This document shows positions 17,501-25,971 of a stretch of DNA of 64,000 bases, one piece after another; the first letter of the stretch is position 1, and the number at the start of each line of letters is the position of its first letter. A program made the translations under genes and the position numbers. Source of the stretch: an uncultured bacterium (GTDB lineage Bacteria > Patescibacteriota > Minisyncoccia > UBA6257 > GWB1-50-10). A model generated the notes under the pieces. That model ran no database searches. It was given only the letters and a program-made list of their open reading frames with translations, and was not told where the DNA came from. The stretch covers positions 138,520 to 202,519 of the forward strand of contig CAVRNT010000002.1 of the NCBI GenBank assembly GCA_963722655.1. Reading direction: 5' to 3'.

Positions 17501-17852
17501 CTAATACCTCCTTGGGTATCGGGTCGCGCTTTGGGCTCAAGCCCGGATAGCGCCAAGCCGTGATTATTTTCACCTTCTTGCCGACGAGCTTGTACATCGC
17601 CCAAATCTCCGAGTATCTCTTCGTGCCGGCGGGCTGCATCACGGCGACAGTGTGCGGTACTATTCCTTCCTCGTACCTCACGGGGAACCGGATGATCCTT
17701 TTCACCCGGCTTTCGGAAAGCCCGTATTGTCGCATCTTGACCTGCGAGTGCGCCGTCCAAAGGTACTTCTCATTCGCGGAACGAAAAGAAAAATCTCCGA
17801 ACCTCTTGAATCCGGAGGGCTTGTTTCGGAACGGAGCTCTGCGCGCGAGCAT
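17478..17852 (-). CDS. Hypothetical protein (124 aa)
   Basis: Intact ORF between the PEBP-like gene and mpg, with 4-nt and 23-nt junctions. Weak resemblance of the C-terminal 85 aa to small RelE/BrnT-fold proteins. No confident family. Confidence 0.4.
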   Translation of the reverse strand: MLARRAPFRNKPSGFKRFGDFSFRSANEKYLWTAHSQVKMRQYGLSESRVKRIIRFPVRYEEGIVPHTVAVMQPAGTKRYSEIWAMYKLVGKKVKIITAWRYPGLSPKRDPIPKEVLDEIKELI

Positions 17853-17856
17853 GGCT

Positions 17857-18390
17857 TTACTTCCTCCCGTAGAGGCCGATTAGCGTCCCCTGCGCGAGAA
17901 TATGCCCCTGCATCGCGGAGGCGAGGGCCGCTTCGTCCACGCCCGCTTGGAGATCGAGCATCGTATCGAGCGCGTAAACGTTGAAGCGGTAACGGTGCGG
18001 CGAATTGCCGCGCGGCGGGCAGGGACCGTCGTAACGGGCGCGGCCGCCGCTCCCCGTCCCCTGGACGGCGCCGAACGGTATCGTGTCCTCGTCGATGTAT
18101 TGCGTCTTGGGGTCGATGTTCCAAACGAGCCAGTGATACCACGTCTGCCCCCTGGTCGCGTCGGGGTCATCCAAAATCAAGGTCAAGCTCTTCGTCCCCT
18201 CGGGGGCGCCGCGCACTTCGAGGAGCGGGTTGACGTTGCTGCCGTCGCAGGTGAACTTGACTGGAATGTCACCGCCTTCCTTGAAGGCGGAACTTTTGAC
18301 GAGAATGGCGTCGGTCGCTTTAGGCATTAAGAAATAGGCTGTGAGTAACAGGATACCAAAGATGAGAGACAAGACCAAACCATGCCTCAC
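17857..18390 (-). CDS. YbhB/YbcL-family PEBP (phosphatidylethanolamine-binding protein-like)
   Basis: N-terminal TM/signal, SSAFKEGGDIPVKFTCDGSNVNP...LTLILDDPDA...WYHWLVWNI motifs of bacterial PEBPs. Apparent GTG start. Confidence 0.7.
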   Translation of the reverse strand: MRHGLVLSLIFGILLLTAYFLMPKATDAILVKSSAFKEGGDIPVKFTCDGSNVNPLLEVRGAPEGTKSLTLILDDPDATRGQTWYHWLVWNIDPKTQYIDEDTIPFGAVQGTGSGGRARYDGPCPPRGNSPHRYRFNVYALDTMLDLQAGVDEAALASAMQGHILAQGTLIGLYGRK

Positions 18391-18441
18391 GCCTCCATTA
18401 TATACTTGATACTTGCTGCCTGATACCCGATACTAAAGGCG

Positions 18442-19584
18442 ATGCCTCAGCTCGCTATTTACCGTAAGTATAGGCCGGCCGTCTTCGATGACCTTTTGGG
18501 CCAAGAGATGGTCGTGAAGATACTCAAAGCCGCCGCAAAAAGCGAGCGGCTCGCCCATGCCTACCTCCTGGCCGGACCCCGCGGCACGGGCAAGACCACG
18601 ACCGCGCGGCTCATCGCGAAGATCGCGAACTGCGAGAAGCGCGCTTTAGACGCCAAGTTCCGCGCGCAGGGCGAACCTTGCAACGAATGCGGTGCCTGCC
18701 GGGCGATCGACGACGGTTCCACCTTGGACGTCGTAGAGATCGACGCCGCCTCAAACCGCGGCATCGACGAGATCCGGGACCTCAAGGAGAGCGTCCGGGT
18801 CGCGCCGTCCTCCAGCCGCTACAAAGTCTTCATCGTGGACGAGGCCCACATGCTGACGAAGGACGCCTGGAACGCGCTACTCAAGACCTTGGAGGAGCCG
18901 CCCCAATACGTCATCATCATCCTCGCGACGACCGAGATCGAGAAGGTACCCCTCACCATCAGCTCGCGCACCCAGAAGTTCTTCTTCAAGCGGGCGACGC
19001 GTGAGGAGATCGTTGGCAAATTGAAGAAGATAATCAAAGCCGAAGACATCAAGATAATATCCGAGGCCTTGGACCTCATCGCCTCATCGGCCGAAGGGAG
19101 CTTCCGCGACGCTGAATCGCTCTTGGACCAGCTCGTCACCTTCGGCGACAAGAACATCACCTTGAAGGAAGTGGAAGATATGATCGGCAAGGTCGGCTTC
19201 GACAAGCTTTCGGATTTCGCCGGGTTCCTGCTTAAAGGAGAGGCCGGCAAGGCCTTGGAAGCGCTCGCCGCGATCCAGGACGGCGGCTTCAACCTCGTCC
19301 AATTCACCAAAGACCTCATTGAGTACATCCGCCGCGTCGCGGTCCTCAATTTGAACCCGGAGATGCGGGCGGCCTTTGAGTCCGAACTGATGGCGGAGCA
19401 TCTGGTGAAGATCTTGAACCACGCGAAGGTCTTTGAGCCGCGCCATTTGGAGCTTTTGAAGGGCCTCATCGCGGCCTACGGCCAGATGCGCTACAGCCAG
19501 TTCCCCATTATCCCCTTGGAAGTCGCGATCGCGGAAAATCAGGAGGTTGAACCTCCTAAGGGAGGTTCAACCTCCAAACTTTAG
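18442..19584 (+). CDS. dnaX: DNA polymerase III subunit gamma/tau (short form)
   Basis: YRPAVFDDLLGQEMVVKILK...LLAGPRGTGKTTTARLIAK...CNECGACRAIDDGSTLDVVEIDAAS...FIVDEAHML. Only 380 aa, so gamma-length without a tau C-terminal extension. TTGATA-N17-GATACT promoter-like element at about 18400-18435. Confidence 0.85.
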   Translation: MPQLAIYRKYRPAVFDDLLGQEMVVKILKAAAKSERLAHAYLLAGPRGTGKTTTARLIAKIANCEKRALDAKFRAQGEPCNECGACRAIDDGSTLDVVEIDAASNRGIDEIRDLKESVRVAPSSSRYKVFIVDEAHMLTKDAWNALLKTLEEPPQYVIIILATTEIEKVPLTISSRTQKFFFKRATREEIVGKLKKIIKAEDIKIISEALDLIASSAEGSFRDAESLLDQLVTFGDKNITLKEVEDMIGKVGFDKLSDFAGFLLKGEAGKALEALAAIQDGGFNLVQFTKDLIEYIRRVAVLNLNPEMRAAFESELMAEHLVKILNHAKVFEPRHLELLKGLIAAYGQMRYSQFPIIPLEVAIAENQEVEPPKGGSTSKL

Positions 19585-20240
19585 TAAATCCTCCAAGAAT
19601 TGAGGCCGATCGCGGCCGAGAAGAAGTGACTTGCGATGAGCGTCAGGATGACCGCGAGGAGGAGCGGCCAGCCGAGCGTCGTGTAGCTCTCTTTAAGGAA
19701 AATAAGACGATAGAGGGAAACAAGAATGACGCCCACAAAAACGAGCGGCACGAAAATGAGCATGTCCGGCCAGCCGACGATGAGTGCGGCGATGAGGCCA
19801 ATCTCCGTTTCGCCCGGATGGAAGAACCTCTCCTGGTGCTTTTGGAGCGATTTCAATATTAGCCAGAAGACGAACGCGAGGATGACGGACCAGATGGCAT
19901 CCAGCCAGAAATGGCTCCAGGAATAAAAGAGGAAGTAACCAAGCTGGCCATTGAAGGCCGCCACGCCGCCCGTCACATCCGCCGGTAGACCGCTCAATGA
20001 GCCGTGCAAAAGAAGGTGACCAAAGGGATCGGCTCGCCAAACGAAATATTGGCCGACGGTGAGAAGCAAGGCGTAGAAGAACTTGAAGACGACCGAGGCG
20101 ATGACGAGCCCCCGGAGGGTGAATTTTTTGAACTCGCTCCCCTTTCTTATCTTCCAGTAGATCAGGCAAGTAAGGATGAAAACGATGCCGAAGAAGACTC
20201 TCGGCAGCCAGATCGCGATGAAGTTAAATGCGTCGTACAT
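19581..20240 (-). CDS. Hypothetical polytopic membrane protein (219 aa)
   Basis: Six or more TM helices. The segment HPGETEIGLIAALIVGWPDM loosely resembles the GGGDVKLLAALGAWLG block of A24 prepilin peptidases. Not confident. Confidence 0.45.
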   Translation of the reverse strand: MYDAFNFIAIWLPRVFFGIVFILTCLIYWKIRKGSEFKKFTLRGLVIASVVFKFFYALLLTVGQYFVWRADPFGHLLLHGSLSGLPADVTGGVAAFNGQLGYFLFYSWSHFWLDAIWSVILAFVFWLILKSLQKHQERFFHPGETEIGLIAALIVGWPDMLIFVPLVFVGVILVSLYRLIFLKESYTTLGWPLLLAVILTLIASHFFSAAIGLNSWRIY

Positions 20241-20293
20241 ACGTTCGTTTGCCCGCGAGCTTAATGTATATTATAAATGATACACGAACCAAT

Positions 20294-20364
20294 TGGGGGT
20301 TCGTCTAACGGTAGGACACATCCCTTTGGAGGATGGTATCGGGGTCCGAATCCCTGACCCCCAG
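20294..20364 (+). tRNA. tRNA-Gln (anticodon UUG)
   Basis: Manual fold. Acceptor TGGGGGT/ACCCCCA, D-arm GTCT-AACGGTA-GGAC, anticodon stem CATCC/GGATG with loop CTTTGGA (UUG), T-arm CGGGG-TCCGAAT-CCCTG. Discriminator G. CCA not encoded. Confidence 0.8.
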
Positions 20365-20398
20365 CAATGGATAAAGAATTACAAAAGATTCTCGTCTT

Positions 20399-20650
20399 AT
20401 GAGCAAAAAAGGGATTTCTGATGGCGTAGTGCATAAAGTGCCGCCGGATTTACTGAAGGCTCTCGTATCTGACCGAGCGGCGCGAACAGCGTGGCAGGAC
20501 ATTACGCCGCTCGCGCGCAATGAATGGGTCTGCTGGACCATCTCCGTCAAAAAACCGGGGACCAGAAAGCAGCACGTTCATAGGGTATGCACCGAGCTCA
20601 AGGAGGGAATGCGCCGTCCTTGTTGTTGGGCCGGTTGTCCCCATCGTTGA
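20399..20650 (+). CDS. YdeI/OmpD-associated family protein (DUF1801-like)
   Basis: 83 aa. VPPDLLKALVSDRAARTAWQDITPLARNEWVCWTISVKKPGTRKQ fits the YdeI C-terminal domain pattern. Lower GC. Immediately downstream of tRNA-Gln. Confidence 0.5.
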   Translation: MSKKGISDGVVHKVPPDLLKALVSDRAARTAWQDITPLARNEWVCWTISVKKPGTRKQHVHRVCTELKEGMRRPCCWAGCPHR

Positions 20651-20671
20651 AACTATTGAATACTCCTTATT

Positions 20672-20702
20672 AAAACAATCTCGTGCGAGGTTGTTTTATT
20701 GA
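20672..20702 (+). terminator. Intrinsic terminator after the YdeI-like gene
   Basis: AACAATCTCG-TGC-GAGGTTGTT stem (9 bp, one G-U) followed by TTATTGATTG. Confidence 0.4.
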
Positions 20703-20750
20703 TTGAATATTGAGTGACATTTATATTTTCTTCTTTTGGGGCAGTGATTT

Positions 20751-21764
20751 TTAGTGCGGGGAAATCAAACCTTGGATGTAATTGAATATACCTTGAATTT
20801 GCCCTCCGATGTTTTGAGGCACCGACAGTGAAGATGAAGAGGATCCGGCCACCTGACGTGGAGGGGACTGAATATTTTTTGGCGTTATTTTGAATAAATT
20901 TCCAATAAAAGAAAGCATCTTTTTAACTCCCGAAATAACAGTGTTCCCTACCGCAATGGCAGCAGTTTTAACCCCGCTGATGATAATACCAAATCCCGTT
21001 TTCCCGCTCTGGACTACATTGTTTGCGGATGGCGCAGCGACTGTCAGGAGAGGCCCGTTTATATTGTTAGGTGACCCCGGCGGCACAAAACGAGGTGGTG
21101 ATGAGGCGGGCGACGCCGTGTGCGGCACCGCAGTTTGAGGGGCACGTGCCGTCGGCGTTTTCGTAGACGGTGGGCTTGGGCTCTGGGATGGGGCTGCCGG
21201 CAGGGCCGCGGGCACACCAATCACCGTTCCGGTTTGTTGGACCGCTGTCGCAGCGCTCGCCAGCGCGACTTCGTAGCTCACCGTCCCGCACGAACTTGTA
21301 TTCGTGCAATTGAAGCTAACCCATCCGATGTTCTCGCCATACGCAAATCCGGAAAAATTGCCGGACCCGTCGATAGTCACGCCGTAACTCACTGTAAGGC
21401 ATGAGGAAGTGTTTGCGCAGCTGAAACTTATCCAGCCGACGTTTTCGCCCCACGCGTAGCCGGAAAGGTTTCCGGAGCCATCGTTCGTAACCCCGTAAGG
21501 CACGGTCAGGCATGAAGAGGTGTTCGAGCAATTCAAACTTATCCAGCCGACGTTCTCCCCCCAAGCGTAGCCAGTAAGCGCGCTTGTGCCTACGTTGACA
21601 TTCCCTTGTGAGGTTCCGAAATTAAGCCAGCCGACGTTCTCCCCCCACGCGTAGGCGTTCGTCGCGTCAATGCCGGCGGCAAGCACATTCGTCCAGGTAA
21701 ATAAAAAAATTAAGAGCCCCATGAGGAGCAGATAGTAATACCTATTTTCACCCAGCTTGCTCAT
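20751..21764 (-). CDS. Secreted repeat protein with four AWGENVGW-type repeats
   Basis: Signal/TM N-terminus, then four roughly 37-aa repeats (GYAWGENVGWISxxCxNTSSCLTVxYGVTxDGSGNxSG), each with a Cys pair. Pro/Ser-rich linker and a hydrophobic C-terminal segment. ATG at 21764 preferred over the GTG at 21785. Confidence 0.6.
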   Translation of the reverse strand: MSKLGENRYYYLLLMGLLIFLFTWTNVLAAGIDATNAYAWGENVGWLNFGTSQGNVNVGTSALTGYAWGENVGWISLNCSNTSSCLTVPYGVTNDGSGNLSGYAWGENVGWISFSCANTSSCLTVSYGVTIDGSGNFSGFAYGENIGWVSFNCTNTSSCGTVSYEVALASAATAVQQTGTVIGVPAALPAAPSQSPSPPSTKTPTARAPQTAVPHTASPASSPPRFVPPGSPNNINGPLLTVAAPSANNVVQSGKTGFGIIISGVKTAAIAVGNTVISGVKKMLSFIGNLFKITPKNIQSPPRQVAGSSSSSLSVPQNIGGQIQGIFNYIQGLISPH

Positions 21765-21768
21765 AGGA

Positions 21769-22032
21769 TCACTGACAGACGCCACCGGTCAGCTTAGTTA
21801 TGATGCAACGCGAGACCGCAACCGCGCTTCCGGTCGAGCTCGCGCTCACGCCGGATGAATTGAAAGTCCCAGCCAGCGCATTATATATATCTCCCAACGT
21901 GTTCATGGTAGCCGCAGGAATGGCCAGCGGCGTGAAAGTTCCAGCTTGAGCGACCCTGATGAGCGATGTAACAACTACGACGGATGCTATGATGATCGCC
22001 GTTTCAAGGATGGCTCGCCATATTTTCCTCAT
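21769..22032 (-). CDS. Small secreted protein sharing the N-terminal module of the downstream giant surface protein
   Basis: MRKIWRAILETAIIIASVVVVTSLIRVAQA signal peptide. Mature N-terminus GTFTPLAIPAATMNTLGDIYNALAGTFNS aligns almost residue-for-residue with GSLTPSTSPASTMNSLSDVYNAIAGTFDS of ORF 22037..24355. Two C-terminal Cys. Confidence 0.5.
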   Translation of the reverse strand: MRKIWRAILETAIIIASVVVVTSLIRVAQAGTFTPLAIPAATMNTLGDIYNALAGTFNSSGVSASSTGSAVAVSRCIITKLTGGVCQ

Positions 22033-22036
22033 TTGA

Positions 22037-24355
22037 TTATTGCGTTGAAGATGATGCGTCGGAAGATACGCTCGGCGTAGATGTCGCGTCATTTGCCAAC
22101 GGTGTTACGGTTACATCGGTTGACGTTGCCGCGGTCGAAGTCGTCGATGCATCAGGCGATGTCGTCGTGGAAACATCCGTAGGCGTTGGCGTGTTTGCGC
22201 CTACATTTGCCTCGACGTTTTGGTCTGGTGCGGAAAGCAATGGGGCGCTACAGGAACCGGGTGTTTTTACAAAATCGCCGTTTTCAATGACTACGCAGTA
22301 AATTTGCCCGGTCAACCTATCCGTCATTTCAATTTGATCGGTGACCACCTTCCCAGCCGTCAGCACGCCCACCACGAGATTTTTCAATGTCAGCAAACCT
22401 TGCTGAATAGTGGCCCCGATCTGCGTAAAGAACGAAGTGACGGAACCGACGATATCGGTGCTTGCAACGGCCGCCGTCGAGCTCTGCTCCACCTGATAGC
22501 CCGGGGCTAAGAAGAACCCGATATTGATGAAAACCGGAATTTCCCCCGGCGTTGGATCGGAAAAGTTTTCAAGCGCGTAACCCACAATGTCGCCCGAGAG
22601 CGTGGCCTTCATCCCAATGCCAGCTACGGACGAAACCGTAATTGGATCGCCGATGCTTATTTCGCCGTTTTCCGTGGATACTTTGACCGGCACGCGTCCC
22701 TTGAGCGCGACCGGCCGAGTGTCAGCACCGCTCATCCCAAGCGTCACACCAGGTGCGGTGGAAACAACGCCGATCAACCTGCCCCCGTAAGATTGGGCTT
22801 TCACGATGTGTTCAGAAGCAAGGAGGTCGGCCGCAACGAGATCGCCCGCCTCAAGTGTGGGATCGTTCGTTGGGTAGTTTTCGGCGACGTCGATGCCGGT
22901 CACCAAAGTGGACGAGGCATAAATAGTGCCAGCGACCGGTGCAGCGGGACAATTGGTCCCGGTTGCGGCGCCATTGTCGACACACAGACCCCCGTTCGCG
23001 ATGTCCATGTTCTTCTGCGCCGTCCCATTACCCAAAACAAAATCGTAGGCGGGTGTAGTGGTGCCGATACCGATGTTGCCAGCCGATGTAATGTAGAGCA
23101 GTGGCGTTGAGACCGATGAGGAAGTGTAGATAGCCAACAACGGGTTGGTAGAAGTACCTTGGATTGTTAGCTCGGCTGCCATGGTCGTGGTTCCGATACT
23201 TACTAAGGTGTGGAAGGCGTTCGTCGAATAGATACTAGTCCCTGTCGCATTGGTGAACCAGAGGCCAGTGGTTGTGGCGGTTGTGAATGTCCCTGTGGCG
23301 AAGACAAGGGAACTGCCGAAGAGATTGGTGCCGGTGGCATTGGTGAACCAGAGGTTAGTGGTTGTGGCATTGATATGGAAGGCATTGGTCGATGAGGCGA
23401 TGCCTGAAAGGGTGATGTTGGTCCCTGTCGCATTGGTGAACCAGAGGCCAGTGGTTGTGGCGGTTGTGAATGTCCCTGTGGCGAAGACAAGGGAACTGCC
23501 GAAGAGATTGGTGCCGGTGGCATTGGTGAAACTGAAGGTGGTGCTGGTAGCAGAGAGGAAGAAGGCCTTTGCCGAAGAGGCTATGCCGGAGAGGGTGATA
23601 TTGGTCCCTGTCGCATTGGTGAACCAGAGACCTGTCGTTGTGGCGGTTGTGAAGGTACCGGTTGCAAAGACCAATCCAGATCCGAAGAGGCTAGTGCCGG
23701 TGGCGTTAGTGAACCAGAGGTTAGTGGTTGTGGCATTGATATGGAAGGCATTGGTCGATGAGGCGATGCCTGAAAGGGTGATGTTGGTCCCTGTCGCATT
23801 GGTGAACCAGAGGCCAGTGGTTGTGGCGGTTGTGAATGTCCCTGTGGCGAAGACAAGGGAACTGCCGAAGAGATTGGTGCCGGTGGCGTTATTATATGTG
23901 AGAAGATTAGAGAAGGTAGAGGTGCCGGAGACGGAGAGCGAAGTGATGGTGGAAGTGGTGAGAGTTGCCTGACCTGTGTTGCTGATGCGCGTGGTGGTTG
24001 CAATCTCGAGGCCCCCCGTGACAATATTGATGTCCATGTTGGTGAGGGTCGCGTTTCCGGACGAAGAAGCGAACAGGATATTGTTCACAATGTATTTTAG
24101 ATTTTGAATGAGCGTACCGGTCGCGCTCGGCGCAATCGCGGTCGAATCGAAAGTGCCGGCTATCGCGTTATAGACGTCCGAAAGAGAGTTCATCGTGGAG
24201 GCGGGTGAGGTGGATGGCGTTAAACTACCAGCGTGCGCCAAAGAGACCGTGGCAATCAAAGAAAGGCAGACAACTAAAAACAGTTTGGCTAGAACCTTTC
24301 TGCCGTTGCTTCGGGAATATCCTCCCTTAGGTTTTTTACGAGAAACCTGTTTCAA
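22037..24355 (-). CDS. Large secreted T/N/G-rich repeat protein (adhesin- or fibre-like), 772 aa
   Basis: Signal peptide (LSLIATVSLAHA), the conserved N-terminal module, then about 3.6 near-identical 60-aa repeats (NATGTNLFGSSLVFATGTFTTATTTGLWFT / NATGTNITLSGIASSTNAFHINATTTNLWFT). A Cys-pair segment (CVDNGAATGTNC), a beta-rich C-terminal domain and an S/T-rich tail. Promoter-like TATAAT plus AGGGGG RBS upstream at 24356-24420. Confidence 0.7.
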   Translation of the reverse strand: MKQVSRKKPKGGYSRSNGRKVLAKLFLVVCLSLIATVSLAHAGSLTPSTSPASTMNSLSDVYNAIAGTFDSTAIAPSATGTLIQNLKYIVNNILFASSSGNATLTNMDINIVTGGLEIATTTRISNTGQATLTTSTITSLSVSGTSTFSNLLTYNNATGTNLFGSSLVFATGTFTTATTTGLWFTNATGTNITLSGIASSTNAFHINATTTNLWFTNATGTSLFGSGLVFATGTFTTATTTGLWFTNATGTNITLSGIASSAKAFFLSATSTTFSFTNATGTNLFGSSLVFATGTFTTATTTGLWFTNATGTNITLSGIASSTNAFHINATTTNLWFTNATGTNLFGSSLVFATGTFTTATTTGLWFTNATGTSIYSTNAFHTLVSIGTTTMAAELTIQGTSTNPLLAIYTSSSVSTPLLYITSAGNIGIGTTTPAYDFVLGNGTAQKNMDIANGGLCVDNGAATGTNCPAAPVAGTIYASSTLVTGIDVAENYPTNDPTLEAGDLVAADLLASEHIVKAQSYGGRLIGVVSTAPGVTLGMSGADTRPVALKGRVPVKVSTENGEISIGDPITVSSVAGIGMKATLSGDIVGYALENFSDPTPGEIPVFINIGFFLAPGYQVEQSSTAAVASTDIVGSVTSFFTQIGATIQQGLLTLKNLVVGVLTAGKVVTDQIEMTDRLTGQIYCVVIENGDFVKTPGSCSAPLLSAPDQNVEANVGANTPTPTDVSTTTSPDASTTSTAATSTDVTVTPLANDATSTPSVSSDASSSTQ
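23239..23890. repeat. Tandem DNA repeats (about 180-nt unit, about 3.6 copies) inside the giant surface-protein gene
   Basis: Near-identical units begin near 23239, 23420, 23600 and 23780. They are in frame with the 60-aa protein repeats and create a spurious 240-aa antisense ORF (23250..23972). Confidence 0.8.
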
Positions 24356-24590
24356 TGTATTACCCCCTATGTGAATATTATAGCAGACCCGCTTATAATA
24401 ATGTCGCTATGAAGGCAATTAGAAACATCGTGCTAATCGGAGATGTGCTCTATATCCTTTGGATAGTTTACAACGGCATCGATGAGGGGTTCCGAAACAT
24501 CGGGAGCGTCCAGGCGATCGCCCTCATCGGCCTCATCATCTTATTGGCACTGAATATCACGCTTTTGTCAAAGTCGCGATAGTCCCGATA

Positions 24591-25880
24591 TTAACGGCTG
24601 GTTCGAAAAGACCTCCTCCGCGGCGGGCCGGAACGACGGCCGCTCGGACGGAATGGCCGGCGGCCGGAGAAACCGGAGTGGCCGGCGCGGGGACGGGAAT
24701 GGAAACGGCGCAAAGTGTCCAGCTCGTAGCGGACGCCACGCGGAACGGGCCGGAGGGGCGGGAGTTCCGGCAAACGCGAGAGCGGGAGCGTGACCCGCAT
24801 CAGCCGCTCGATATCGCGCACGTCGCCGCGCTGGTCGGGCGTGGCGAAAGAGATGGCCCGGCCGGCGGCCCCGGCGCGGGCGGTGCGTCCGATGCGATGG
24901 ACGTAGTCCTCGGGATTGGAGGGTAGGTCGTAGTTCAGGACCAATTCGATCCCCTTCACGTCAATGCCGCGCGCGGCGATGTCCGTCGCGACGAGGATGC
25001 GGTACCGGCCGTTCTTGAATCCATCCAGGGCCTCGCGCCGCTGGTTCAATGAGCGGTTGGAGTGGATCTCCGCCGCGGTATGCCCCAAAGCGCGGATCGA
25101 GGCGGCGATCCTTTTGGCGCCGAACTTCGTCCGCGAGAAGACGAGGACCGGCCCCTGATAGTCATAAAGCACTTTTTCCAAAAGTCGGGGTTTGTCCCCC
25201 TTCGCGACGAAAAAAAGTTCCTGGGTGACCTTCTCGACCGTCGTGCCAGAGGGCGCCATTTCTATCCGCAAGGGCAGGCGCATATAGGAGTTCGCGATCT
25301 TCACGATCGCCTCGGGCATCGTCGCCGAAAAGAGCATCGTCTGCCTTTCGCGCGGCACCTCGTTCATTATCTGTTTGAGTTGGGGCGCGAAGCCCATATC
25401 GAGCATCCGGTCCGCCTCGTCCAAGACGAGCACAGAAACGTCCCGGAAGGAGACGGTCCTCTGGCGGAGATGGTCCAGGATGCGGCCGGGCGTGCCGATG
25501 ACGATCGCCGGATTCCGGCGCAGGGCCCGCATCTGATCGTTCATCGAGCCGCCGCCGATGAGGAGTGCCGTCCGGACGCCGAGCGGGCCGCCGATCTTCT
25601 TGAGCTCCTCCTCCACTTGGAGGGCCAATTCGCGCGTCGGGAGGACCACGAGGCCCCGCTTGCCGCCCAAGGCCGCTTGGACCATTGGAACGCCGAAAGC
25701 GAGGGTTTTGCCAGTACCGGTCTGGGCGAGGCCGATCAGATCCTTACCTTCGATCGCGGGCTGGATGGAACGCGCTTGGATGGGCGTCGGCGTCTTAAAA
25801 CCGAGCTTATCAATGATGGAGAGGATGTTCGGCGCGATGCCGAGACCGTAAAAATCGGGATGGTCGTTCATTCCTTCCAT
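24591..25880 (-). CDS. DEAD-box ATP-dependent RNA helicase
   Basis: Q-motif (FKTPTPIQ), AQTGTGKT, PTRELA, DEAD, SAT, HRIGRTAR motifs. Arg/Gly/Pro-rich C-terminal tail. Start placed at MEGMND (25880). The upstream part of the ORF-track version lacks helicase similarity. Confidence 0.85.
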   Translation of the reverse strand: MEGMNDHPDFYGLGIAPNILSIIDKLGFKTPTPIQARSIQPAIEGKDLIGLAQTGTGKTLAFGVPMVQAALGGKRGLVVLPTRELALQVEEELKKIGGPLGVRTALLIGGGSMNDQMRALRRNPAIVIGTPGRILDHLRQRTVSFRDVSVLVLDEADRMLDMGFAPQLKQIMNEVPRERQTMLFSATMPEAIVKIANSYMRLPLRIEMAPSGTTVEKVTQELFFVAKGDKPRLLEKVLYDYQGPVLVFSRTKFGAKRIAASIRALGHTAAEIHSNRSLNQRREALDGFKNGRYRILVATDIAARGIDVKGIELVLNYDLPSNPEDYVHRIGRTARAGAAGRAISFATPDQRGDVRDIERLMRVTLPLSRLPELPPLRPVPRGVRYELDTLRRFHSRPRAGHSGFSGRRPFRPSGRRSGPPRRRSFRTSR

Positions 25881-25971
25881 TAAACCCCATTCCCCGCTTT
25901 TTAGCGAATTTCCCCCGGCACTCACTGAACAAAATTGAAATCGGCGCAATCGTGCGGTATGCTGGTTCAAG

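Noticed and set aside
20305-20550. 81-aa minus ORF
   Set aside because: Overlaps tRNA-Gln and is antisense to the YdeI-like gene.
23250-23972. 240-aa plus-strand ORF with internal repeats (VNQRPVVVAVVNVPVAKT...)
   Set aside because: Artifact of the tandem DNA repeats on the antisense strand of the giant surface-protein gene.
24355-24582. 75-aa plus-strand small membrane ORF
   Set aside because: Overlaps the promoter/RBS of the divergently read surface-protein operon. No RBS of its own. Kept only as a remote possibility.
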